From: a virus
Taxonomy: Duplodnaviria > Caudoviricetes
Strand: one strand, 5' to 3'
DNA length: 61,768 bases
IMG/VR virus record: IMGVR_UViG_3300033388_002585
Location: 1 to 61,768 of that record
Position 1 is the first letter of the stretch. Each line of letters begins with the position of its first letter. This document shows positions 28,508 to 37,124 of the stretch, in pieces. A program made the position numbers and the translations under genes. The notes below the pieces were generated by a model. The model saw only the letters and a program-made list of their open reading frames with translations, did no database searches and was not told the origin of the DNA.

Positions 28508-29017
28508 ATGAAAAAAGAAATGAAATATCACCACTCGGTAACCGAAAACGGCAATCTTCAACTTAGAATTGTCACCGAATACCAAGATGGTGAAGGTAAG
28601 ATGCTTGACCGGAAATATTCAGACCCCGTAACTCCTGCCGACACAAAAGACATGACAGGCTGGGATGATATTTCAAAGGATATTGTTGAGGCGATAACTG
28701 ATAGCAAGGTCAAGGCAGATTTTGCAGTTGAGAAAAAAGAGTCAGCCGGACAAGGACTTGAGGAAATAGTAACCTATGACCGAACCCTTGATGACCTTGG
28801 CAGAATATCAGTCAGGCGGATAACCAGAATCTTTGATGACGGTGTTGAAGTAAGTAAGAAATATCACCGAAGTTGGATAATGCCGGGAGATGATCCATCA
28901 AAGGCGGATGTGATAAGTAAGGCTGTTGCGGATAAGTTGCACACTCAAGATGTTATAGACGCATATAATACCAAAATGGCAGAGTTAGAAACGGAACTGA
29001 ATATCAAAGAAAAGTAA
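28508..29017 (+). CDS. Fibre-associated protein with internal duplication
   Basis: Two similar halves: GNLQLRIVTEYQDG...KDIVEAI and GRISVRRITRIFDDG...KAVADKL. Confidence 0.65.
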   Translation: MKKEMKYHHSVTENGNLQLRIVTEYQDGEGKMLDRKYSDPVTPADTKDMTGWDDISKDIVEAITDSKVKADFAVEKKESAGQGLEEIVTYDRTLDDLGRISVRRITRIFDDGVEVSKKYHRSWIMPGDDPSKADVISKAVADKLHTQDVIDAYNTKMAELETELNIKEK

Positions 29018-29029
29018 CGGAGCAGAAAA

Positions 29030-29233
29030 ATGACAACTGAAATCGAACTGGCAGAAATAAGAAAAGACCTCAAATACATTAAGGAAACTGTGGGGGAGAT
29101 TAAAACCTCAGTTTACGGTAACGGCTCAAAAGGGTTAAAGGCAAGGATGATTGAAGTCGAGATCAAGTATTGGATCATCTTAGTTTTGTTGATACCAGTA
29201 GAAATCTGGATGATAAGAGGGGTGCTGCAATAA
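29030..29233 (+). CDS. Holin-like or single-TM lysis protein
   Basis: Coiled N-terminus, GNG..GL motif, C-terminal TM; upstream of the endolysin. Confidence 0.55.
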   Translation: MTTEIELAEIRKDLKYIKETVGEIKTSVYGNGSKGLKARMIEVEIKYWIILVLLIPVEIWMIRGVLQ

Positions 29234-29315
29234 TACGAATAGACTGGGGGTTGGTGGTGGTATGGTCCTTGTTGTAGTCTTACTGGAGATATATGTATTG
29301 AGAGGATAATTTAAT

Positions 29316-29417
29316 ATGGCGACAGACAAAAAGCATCATAAAGCTAAGGTTCGTAAACATGTATTATCTAAACGGCGTAAGGCTAATCGCCATAAATCAA
29401 AGAGAAGGGGGAGATAA
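29316..29417 (+). CDS. Very basic 33-aa peptide
   Basis: GAGGA RBS; MATDKKHHKAKVRKHVLSKRRKANRHKSKRRGR. Confidence 0.5.
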   Translation: MATDKKHHKAKVRKHVLSKRRKANRHKSKRRGR

Positions 29418-29418
29418 T

Positions 29419-29862
29419 ATGCCTAAGTATTCCAAGAGATCCATGGAACGATTAAAAACATGTAATATGAAGTTACAGATGATATTCTTGCGTGTTGTAG
29501 AATTCTTTGACAATACAATAATTTATGGGCGCCGGGGAAAGATACTCCAGAACAAGTTATACAGGGAAAAGTTATCACAGAAACAATACCCGGACAGCAA
29601 ACACAACTCGCCCCCGGATGAAGATGGTAACGAAACCTTTGAGCTGGTAAATGCTGTGGATGCGGTTCCTTATCCTGTTGATTGGCGGAATATTCCGCGC
29701 TTCATATACTTCGCTGGATTTGTGATGGGAGTAGCCTTCACATTAGGGATAGGATTACGTTGGGGCGGGGATTGGAACCAGAATACCAAGCTCCAGGATG
29801 AGAATTTCCGAGATTACGGACATTTTGAGTTAACTGAAAAAGAAATAGCAAAAGGAGATTAA
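29419..29862 (+). CDS. Endolysin, M15-family peptidase
   Basis: SKRS..RL, GRR...Q, SKHN, AVDA, LRWGGDW, DYGHFEL. Confidence 0.9.
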   Translation: MPKYSKRSMERLKTCNMKLQMIFLRVVEFFDNTIIYGRRGKILQNKLYREKLSQKQYPDSKHNSPPDEDGNETFELVNAVDAVPYPVDWRNIPRFIYFAGFVMGVAFTLGIGLRWGGDWNQNTKLQDENFRDYGHFELTEKEIAKGD

Positions 29863-29905
29863 GGAAAGAAAACGTTGTATAAATATAGGTTAAAAGGAGT
29901 GTAGG

Positions 29906-30436
29906 ATGGATTTTAAAAATATTGCAGCACAAATTACAAATGTTGCTCCCTTGTTAGGATCGTTGCTTGGAGGACCTGTAGGAGGTGCGGCTGGTACAGC
30001 AATTAAACTCATAGCTGATTCATTAGGTGTTGAGGCAGACTCAGCCTCAGTAGAATATGAATTGAGAAACAATCCAGATGCTCTCTTGAAAATCAAGGAA
30101 CTGGAAATAAACAGCAAAGTGGAACTGGAAAAGCTGGTTGTTCAACAAGAAGTGATCAGATTACAAGATGTAGCTGATGCAAGAAAGCGTCAAATAGAAC
30201 ACGAGAAAGTTACGGGAAAGACAGACAAGAATTTATATGTATTGGCATGGACTGTGGTTTTTGGGTTTTTTGGGTTAATGGGCTTACTTTGTTTTCGTCC
30301 ATTGCCTGTTGATTCCAGTGGTGTTGTCTTCATGTTATTTGGCGCTCTTGCCACAGGGTTTGGGCAGGTACTTCAGTATTTCTTTGGAAGTTCTAAGTCC
30401 AGTGCTGATAAAACAAGTGCGTTAATGAAAAAGTAA
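29906..30436 (+). CDS. Holin-like membrane protein
   Basis: APLLGSLLGGP, DVADAR, two TM segments, YFFGSS. Confidence 0.75.
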   Translation: MDFKNIAAQITNVAPLLGSLLGGPVGGAAGTAIKLIADSLGVEADSASVEYELRNNPDALLKIKELEINSKVELEKLVVQQEVIRLQDVADARKRQIEHEKVTGKTDKNLYVLAWTVVFGFFGLMGLLCFRPLPVDSSGVVFMLFGALATGFGQVLQYFFGSSKSSADKTSALMKK

Positions 30437-30451
30437 TATGATAAAAAAACC

Positions 30452-30480
30452 TTGCATTGTGAATAATAACCTATTATAGT
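30452..30480 (+). promoter_or_regulatory. Sigma70-type promoter for head genes
   Basis: TTGCAT-17 nt-TATAGT. Confidence 0.6.
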
Positions 30481-30567
30481 TTGAAACACATAAAATCATG
30501 GCTCGCTGTATCATGAATATCTTAACAGACTCATGAAGGAAGAGCGAAGACCACAAAGGAGAATATT

Positions 30568-31575
30568 ATGGCTCGTAAATCAAGAAAGGTCGAAAAGATA
30601 GAAGAGGATGTTAATAAGTTACAGGAAGAGTATATTAAAGAACTTGAAACTCCCCCGGCAGATACATTGACCGAGGAAGAAATGATTGCGTTGGGCAATA
30701 TGCCGGTAGGTGATGAGCCTCCGGTAATGGATCAGCCGGTTGTAGACCAGCCGGTTGTAGATCAGCCAGTAGCAGATCCTCCTCCTGTAAAATCTGATGA
30801 TTGGGAGCATAAGTATAGTGTTCTCCAGGGTAAGTACGACAGTGAGGTTCCTGCTCTTTCAGCGCAGATAAGAACACTTACTGCGGAGGTAAGTAATCTT
30901 CAGGGTGTTATTGCCGCAATGGATATACCCACAGAAAATACTACTCCGACCCCAAGCTCTTTTGAGATTGGCGATGAAGGTGTCGCATCTTTAGCTAAAT
31001 TTAAAGATGAGTATCCACAAGTCGCTGAATATGTTGATGTGTTTGTAAAAAATTCACTCAGGGGCTTTGCCGATGATTTTATTACCCCTGTTGCTACTAA
31101 GATAGATGGATTTGCGCAAACAGCTAATACCGACAGGCTTAAACGATTTGAAGATGACATGACTAATGCTGTAAACAACTGGAGGACAATCAATGTAGAT
31201 CCTGAGTTTATGAAGTGGCTGTCTGTTGTTGAACCATTTTCGGGACAGACACGCCTTAGTTTATTGCAGAGGGCTCATGCTTCACGTAATTCGGAAACAG
31301 CCATTGGTATTTTTAAAGCATTTCTTAATGAAAAGCAACCGGAACAGGTTCCCGGAGCTATTGTCGCCGAAGAAGATTTGTCGGCGTTAAATCCTCCTGC
31401 TGCACCGTCTCCGGCTGTTAAGATTGAACAGGGAGAGAAAAAGTTTGTATCCAGAGCTTTCATTAAGGCATTTTATAATGATGTTGCTCTGGGTAGATAC
31501 GAAGACAGGCCTCAAGAAGCCGATGCAATAAGCAGGGGAATCGATAAAGCCATTAAGGAAAATCGAGTAACCTAA
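30568..31575 (+). CDS. Capsid scaffolding protein
   Basis: Acidic, WEHKYSVLQGKYDSEVP coiled coil, IDKAIKENRV end; directly before the capsid gene. Confidence 0.75.
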   Translation: MARKSRKVEKIEEDVNKLQEEYIKELETPPADTLTEEEMIALGNMPVGDEPPVMDQPVVDQPVVDQPVADPPPVKSDDWEHKYSVLQGKYDSEVPALSAQIRTLTAEVSNLQGVIAAMDIPTENTTPTPSSFEIGDEGVASLAKFKDEYPQVAEYVDVFVKNSLRGFADDFITPVATKIDGFAQTANTDRLKRFEDDMTNAVNNWRTINVDPEFMKWLSVVEPFSGQTRLSLLQRAHASRNSETAIGIFKAFLNEKQPEQVPGAIVAEEDLSALNPPAAPSPAVKIEQGEKKFVSRAFIKAFYNDVALGRYEDRPQEADAISRGIDKAIKENRVT

Positions 31576-31652
31576 GAGGTCTATAAGATTCAGGGAAGAT
31601 TTAATTTTATACGACTTCTTAAGCTTATTAAATTAACTTAGGAGGTCTTATC

Positions 31653-32579
31653 ATGGGAGTTGCAAGAGCCGCTGGCTATCCTGATTATACAAATTCAGGC
31701 ACAAGTCGCTTCATACCTGAAATTTGGAGCGGCAGGATGATTGTAAAGTTTTACAAGGCAACGTGCCTGGCTGAAATTTCAAACACGGATTATGAGGGCG
31801 AGATCAAGGAAATGGGCGATACGGTCATTATTCGATCTACCCCCACAATAACTATCAATGATTACTCCAAGGGGCAGAAGCTGGATTATGAGAATCCCGA
31901 GTCCACCCCCCTTGAATTGCTTATCGACAAAGCCAAATATTGGGCATTTGAGTGTGATGACATTGATTTATACCAGTCCGACATTAAGTTGCTGGACAAC
32001 TGGTCTGGTGATGCCGCACAGCAAATGAAGATCACCATTGAAACGAAGGTCTGGGAAGATATTTACGATGATATGGATTCGAGTAATACTGGCGCAACTG
32101 CTGGTAAAGAATCTTCATCGTTTGATATCGGCACTTCTGGTTCTCCTGTTCAGATCACAAAGGCCAATGTTCTCGATTATATCGTGGATTGCGGTACTAT
32201 TCTTGATGAGCAGAATGTTCCCGAGACCGAAAGATGGTTTGTCATTCCGGCGTGGATGGCTGGTCTTATCAAAAAGTCTGATTTGAAAGATGCTTCCCTT
32301 ACTGGAGATCCTCAGTCTCCGATTCGTAATGGGCGCCTGGGTGTAATTGACAGGTTTACCCTCTATTCTTCTAACACTCTCTATTCGGTATCCGATACAG
32401 TAACCTGTTATTACTCAATGTTCGGGCACATTTCTGCGCTTACTTTTGCTTCCCAGATTACCAAAACAGAACAGCTCAGAGCAGAAACAACGTTTGCGGA
32501 CCTTGTTCGAGGTCTTCAGGTTTATGGGTATAAAGTTATAAAACCCGAAGCTCTTGGCACGCTGTATTGCAGGAAGTAA
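31653..32579 (+). CDS. Major capsid protein
   Basis: FIPEIWS, NTDYEGEI..GDTV.I, LDEQNVP..RW, RNGRLG.IDRF, F.D.VRGLQVYGYKV. Confidence 0.9.
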   Translation: MGVARAAGYPDYTNSGTSRFIPEIWSGRMIVKFYKATCLAEISNTDYEGEIKEMGDTVIIRSTPTITINDYSKGQKLDYENPESTPLELLIDKAKYWAFECDDIDLYQSDIKLLDNWSGDAAQQMKITIETKVWEDIYDDMDSSNTGATAGKESSSFDIGTSGSPVQITKANVLDYIVDCGTILDEQNVPETERWFVIPAWMAGLIKKSDLKDASLTGDPQSPIRNGRLGVIDRFTLYSSNTLYSVSDTVTCYYSMFGHISALTFASQITKTEQLRAETTFADLVRGLQVYGYKVIKPEALGTLYCRK

Positions 32580-32655
32580 GCAGGAAGTAAACGAGATGAG
32601 TGGAGTGAATAAGAAGTAAAACAGAAAGTTAAACGAAAACGAGGAGGTAAATAAC

Positions 32656-33129
32656 ATGGCTACGACACATGATTATACGTTTGATTCAGATACCCCTAAT
32701 AAGGGTGCTGGTGTTGGAAAACCTTGGGGCGGAGTACCTGTCAATGTGAGTAAAATCCATATTGATATGCCTGCTGCCAAGACAGCGTTAGGAGCAACTA
32801 TTGATGGAAGTTCTTCTGATGTAATGCAGATATGGGATATTCCGTATCCCTGCTGGATTCTGGCATGCTGGGTTCATGTCACCACAAAAGAGGATGCTGC
32901 TTGTACAATAGCGATTGGTACAGGGGATTCTGCTGCTGGTTTTATGGTTGCCACTTCTATTGCCGCGACTGGATGGCTTGTTCCGGCAATAACTGATGCT
33001 TATATGGCCACTAATGGTATCTTTTACAATTCCGCTGATACGCTGGATCTTACCTTTGCAACCGATTCAGATGTCTCGAAGGCTGTTTTTGATGTCTACG
33101 TGGCATGGATTGATTGTGATTATGATTAA
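32656..33129 (+). CDS. Capsid cement/decoration protein
   Basis: Position after the capsid gene; beta-rich; GGAGGT RBS. Confidence 0.65.
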   Translation: MATTHDYTFDSDTPNKGAGVGKPWGGVPVNVSKIHIDMPAAKTALGATIDGSSSDVMQIWDIPYPCWILACWVHVTTKEDAACTIAIGTGDSAAGFMVATSIAATGWLVPAITDAYMATNGIFYNSADTLDLTFATDSDVSKAVFDVYVAWIDCDYD

Positions 33130-33136
33130 ATGGCAT

Positions 33137-33182
33137 GGGGAGGAGGAGTTCCATACCCTTTTCTTCTTCTCCCCTTTTTTTT
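33137..33182 (+). terminator. Rho-independent terminator
   Basis: GGGGAGGAGGA/TCTTCTTCTCCCC followed by a T-run. Confidence 0.7.
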
Positions 33183-33241
33183 CATTAACCTGGTAGGGTG
33201 TGAGCAAGCAGATACCACCCGAATAACAAGGAGGTTTTAAA

Positions 33242-34198
33242 ATGAGACACGAAGAATTGAGTGTAGGTATTCTTAACGTTGATTCAATTATTGGTGGAGG
33301 CGCACCGGGTGTTCCCACGAGTGGAAGAAAAGTGTTTATGAATGCGGCCCTTGGGTCTGATGGTAATGATGGATCTGCCAAGACACCGCTAAAGTCCCTT
33401 GCGGCAGCTTATGCCTTGACGACATCGCTTAAGAACGACCAGATGTTTTTGTATCCGAGTGCGTCAGCTCTTAGTCTGGCCGCAAATCATGATTTCTCCA
33501 AGCATTTGGGTAGCTTCATAGGTACTCACTGGGGAATAAATGAGCATCACAGATCACGTATTGGTATGAGTACGGCTTTTTCTCCGTTTCTGACGGTATC
33601 TGGATACGGCAATCAATTTGCTAATTTATATACTCAACATGGAACTGCCGAGGCTGATTATGTTGGATGGCTGATTTCTGGCGTAAGAAATTCATTCCAC
33701 AATGTTCATTTCGGTGGACCGTTTAATGCTGACCAGGCCGATCATGCGTCTTATGTTGGTGTGGATATTACTGGCACAGAAGCATATTTCAAAGGCTGCA
33801 TGTTTGGCGATTCTTCTATTGCCCGTAATGCAGCTAACTACAATGTGCAATTGGCCGCTGGAGTAACGGCAACGTTTGAGGATTGTACCTTCAGGATGTT
33901 TGTGGATGGTTCTGATTCGATGTTTGTGAACTTCAAGAATACCTCAAGCGTTACCATGGCCTACTTCAAGAATTGCAGGTTCATAGTGTTGAGCGCAAAT
34001 ATGGCAACTTCTATTGACGAGGCATTTAATTTTACCTCTGGGTCTACCGCGCTTGCAATGCTTGATAGCAGATGTGAGTTTCATAAGGTTACAGCCATTA
34101 CGAATGCGGCTGATGATGTTTATGTCTATCTGGCAAGACCGCATGTTACCACTACTATTGGTGAGGGTAATCTTTCCGAGGTCTTGGTGATAACTTAA
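33242..34198 (+). CDS. Beta-helix virion protein
   Basis: GSDGNDGS..PLKSL motif and F.NC.F / F.DC.F repeats. Confidence 0.7.
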   Translation: MRHEELSVGILNVDSIIGGGAPGVPTSGRKVFMNAALGSDGNDGSAKTPLKSLAAAYALTTSLKNDQMFLYPSASALSLAANHDFSKHLGSFIGTHWGINEHHRSRIGMSTAFSPFLTVSGYGNQFANLYTQHGTAEADYVGWLISGVRNSFHNVHFGGPFNADQADHASYVGVDITGTEAYFKGCMFGDSSIARNAANYNVQLAAGVTATFEDCTFRMFVDGSDSMFVNFKNTSSVTMAYFKNCRFIVLSANMATSIDEAFNFTSGSTALAMLDSRCEFHKVTAITNAADDVYVYLARPHVTTTIGEGNLSEVLVIT

Positions 34199-34224
34199 AA
34201 AAGATAGCGTAAAGGAGGTTTATT

Positions 34225-34449
34225 ATGGACGAATCTATTGATATTGTTGATAAAGATGTTAGTAGAGATGCCGACAGGGAATGTATCGTGTGCGGCAAAA
34301 TCGTTAAGACTCACAACGGAAGGGGCGTCGCTATACAGGAATGTCCTTCGTGTACTGGTACATTAATAACCAAAGGTGCTTTTGACAGCGTTCCGAAGCC
34401 TAAACCAAAGGCTAAGGTTATGTCAGAAAGCAAGGTCAAAAAAGAATAG
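34225..34449 (+). CDS. Small Zn-ribbon protein
   Basis: CIVC...CPSC; GGAGG RBS. Confidence 0.65.
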   Translation: MDESIDIVDKDVSRDADRECIVCGKIVKTHNGRGVAIQECPSCTGTLITKGAFDSVPKPKPKAKVMSESKVKKE

Positions 34450-34477
34450 CCTTGAAATAGTGCAGAGTTACCACACA

Positions 34478-34515
34478 AAGGGGGATGGGATATTGTGTCC
34501 CCTCCCTCTTTTTTC
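34478..34515 (+). terminator. Rho-independent terminator
   Basis: G-rich/C-rich inverted repeat followed by a T-run. Confidence 0.55.
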
Positions 34516-34574
34516 ATTGAAAGATAGTATGTAAAAGAGATCATGCAGAAGAGAGTATATAACGGAGGCTGGAT

Positions 34575-35264
34575 ATGACAGGACAAGAGATATTGGATGA
34601 AGTCAGGAGGATGCTTGATGATGAGGTCAGGCCGTATAAATGGACTGATACCGAACTTGTTAATCATCTGAACACGACTCTCGATGATGTTGACCGAGTG
34701 ACTGAGAATATAAGGGATGTATCAACGGCTGATGTTGTTGATATCACGCTGGTTGAAGATCAGATTGATTATGCTTTGGATTCTCGAATACTTGAAGTTA
34801 AAACAGCGCGGATAGATGGAAAGACTACCTTTTTGAAAAAGAGATTTACTGAATATATGGACAGGGCTTACCCGTTATGGCGTACTGATGATGTTGTTTC
34901 TGATATTCCTACAAAATATGTGTTGGATTATAAGGCTGATACTATTAGCTTTTATCCTCCCCCTGATGCAGATATAGCCGGAACTGATGTTAATCTGACT
35001 GTGATACGTACCGAAGTTACTCCCTTCACAACTGCTAATCTTGGCGCCACGACTCCTGAGCTTCCTTCCCGGTATCACAATGAGTTACCGTATGGGATAT
35101 TGAAACGTGCGTATCTTAAGGCAGGGGAAACTACATTCGATGAAAAGAGAGCAGCTACGTTTGGAGCTTTGGCTGAGATACTTATAGATAAGGTTCAGCG
35201 AGACTTCATTCGGCTTAACAGCATAAATCGACCTCATATAGCACCTAACAAAGCGTTTATGTGA
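34575..35264 (+). CDS. Head-tail adaptor, paralog 1
   Basis: ILDEVRRMLDD..WTDTELVNHLN, FYPPPD, PELPSRYH. Confidence 0.8.
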   Translation: MTGQEILDEVRRMLDDEVRPYKWTDTELVNHLNTTLDDVDRVTENIRDVSTADVVDITLVEDQIDYALDSRILEVKTARIDGKTTFLKKRFTEYMDRAYPLWRTDDVVSDIPTKYVLDYKADTISFYPPPDADIAGTDVNLTVIRTEVTPFTTANLGATTPELPSRYHNELPYGILKRAYLKAGETTFDEKRAATFGALAEILIDKVQRDFIRLNSINRPHIAPNKAFM

Positions 35265-35412
35265 GGTATGTGAGGTATGTGAGGTTTATGAGGGAGACAA
35301 GAAGGGAGGATGTTATGAAATCATTGTCAGCGCTTATATTAATAATGATGGTGTTAACGATTTTATGCCTTTTGTGGCCATTGCTTAGATTAATATAGAG
35401 GAGGAGAATAAT

Positions 35413-35616
35413 ATGCCGTATAAAGTAATCGGGAACAAAGTTTATCATCAGAAGGGTGGTACATGGAAAGTTAAACAAACGTGCGGGTCAAACGATGCCG
35501 CGAAGAAAGCTATGAAGTTGCTGTATGGAATTGAGACGGGATCAATAAAAAAACCACGCAGCAAAACATCACGCAGCAAAACACCACGCAGCAAATCAAC
35601 AAAAAAAAGGAGGTAA
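35413..35616 (+). CDS. Small basic protein with repeated PRSKT-type tail
   Basis: GAGGAG RBS; MPYKV...AKKAMKLLYGIE; three CACGCAGCAAA units. Confidence 0.65.
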   Translation: MPYKVIGNKVYHQKGGTWKVKQTCGSNDAAKKAMKLLYGIETGSIKKPRSKTSRSKTPRSKSTKKRR

Positions 35617-35622
35617 GTAGCG

Positions 35623-35763
35623 ATGGCCAAAAAAGGTATACCAAAAAGAGATGGATCTGGAGGTGGAGTCAGAAAGAATAAAGGGCGTGGAGGATGCAAG
35701 GTTCCTCGAAAAACAGGACGACAGAGTAGGCGAGTGATTCCTGTCCAGGGTGTAAGAGGCTGA
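35623..35763 (+). CDS. Small Gly/Arg/Lys-rich peptide
   Basis: AGGAGGT RBS; MAKKGIPKRDGSGGGVRKNKGRGGC. Confidence 0.6.
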   Translation: MAKKGIPKRDGSGGGVRKNKGRGGCKVPRKTGRQSRRVIPVQGVRG

Positions 35764-35818
35764 ATAATATACCACAATACACAATACGTTATAATATAAC
35801 ACACAGAGGGAGATTAAG

Positions 35819-36457
35819 ATGGCTTGGCCTGATTTTTCAGATATACGATTAAGGGTGCGGGATAAATTAAATGAATCAACCGCCTCATTTTTTTCTGATG
35901 CCCAGATTAATCGATGGATTAATGATGCTGAACTGGATATAGCCACGAAGGGGTTGTGTCTTGAGAGTATTCAGTCTAAATCCACAACAGCTAATCAGCG
36001 GACAGTCTCAGTAACATGTATTAAAGTATTCCATGTTGAATATATTCCGGCTACAGGAGACCCCATTGGTCTTGTGAAGATTAACCCTCTATTATTAGGA
36101 CACGGCAAGACAGATGGTAACACTCCTCAATACTGGTTTAAGTGGGGTGGAGTCATCGGCATAGAACCTAAACCTACAGCCATATACAACTTAAACATAT
36201 ATACCTCAATAATTCCTACCTCGGAAATGGCTCTTGATACAGATGAGCCTGAGATTCCTGCGTCTTTTCACGATCTTATCATAAGTTTTGCTACTCAACG
36301 GGGATTCTTGCGGGATAACTTATTCTCCCTTGTCACCGGATTATACATGCCCTACTTATCTCAGTTACAAAAAGCCCGGAATGATGTGATAGCGCGTTAC
36401 TCTAACATACGTAAAGATGTGAAGATCCCGGATGTTGTACTTTATGGAGGCAGATAA
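35819..36457 (+). CDS. Head-tail adaptor, paralog 2
   Basis: IRLRVRDKLNE..FFSDAQINRWINDAE, IEPKP, PEIP..FH. Confidence 0.8.
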   Translation: MAWPDFSDIRLRVRDKLNESTASFFSDAQINRWINDAELDIATKGLCLESIQSKSTTANQRTVSVTCIKVFHVEYIPATGDPIGLVKINPLLLGHGKTDGNTPQYWFKWGGVIGIEPKPTAIYNLNIYTSIIPTSEMALDTDEPEIPASFHDLIISFATQRGFLRDNLFSLVTGLYMPYLSQLQKARNDVIARYSNIRKDVKIPDVVLYGGR

Positions 36458-36469
36458 TGGAGGCAGATA

Positions 36470-37102
36470 ATGGGTAGATTTAATCTTGGTAATTTGAGGA
36501 CTCGAATACGTGATTTGTTAAATGAAGATTCTCCTGATTTCTGGACTGATGCTCAGATAGATCGTTTAATAAATGATGCTGAACGAGATATAGCAATGCA
36601 TGGTCAGTGTATAAACAATATAGATGCTGCCACCACTGTAATAGATACCAGGACAGTAGCTTTTGCCGGGTACAACGTTCTTTATGTGGAATATGTTACG
36701 GCTGGATTAGGATTGCCAGAGATATTACCCAATCAACTCGGGCGCATTACTCCTGATGGAGCAACTCCCCAGAAATGGTTCGAGAATGGATCAAGCGTGG
36801 GGATAGATCCTTTGCCTGATGCTGCTTATCCTCTCAACCTGTATATAGCTGATTATCCTACAAGCGAGATGGCTGCTGATGCGACTGAACCTCAGATTCC
36901 CGAACACTTTCAGCTACTCATAGTTCTCCATGCTTACGGGAATGCTCTCAAGAAAGAAAAAAGAATCCAGCAGGCTGCTCAAGTGCTGGGGATGTATAAT
37001 AACGAGTTGATGTTTACTCGGGCGGATATCATAGAGTTTCAGTCAGAATCCAAAGGTGAGTATGTCTCTGATCGATCTGCTTCAAGAAGCATAAATAAAT
37101 AG
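36470..37102 (+). CDS. Head-tail adaptor, paralog 3
   Basis: LRTRIRDLLNE..FWTDAQIDRLINDAE, IDPLPD, PQIP.HF. Confidence 0.8.
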   Translation: MGRFNLGNLRTRIRDLLNEDSPDFWTDAQIDRLINDAERDIAMHGQCINNIDAATTVIDTRTVAFAGYNVLYVEYVTAGLGLPEILPNQLGRITPDGATPQKWFENGSSVGIDPLPDAAYPLNLYIADYPTSEMAADATEPQIPEHFQLLIVLHAYGNALKKEKRIQQAAQVLGMYNNELMFTRADIIEFQSESKGEYVSDRSASRSINK

Positions 37103-37124
37103 GAGTTAAATAAATAGGAGCAGG

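Noticed and set aside
30721-30780. PVVDQ 15-bp repeats in the scaffold gene
   Set aside because: Ordinary in-frame low-complexity linker.
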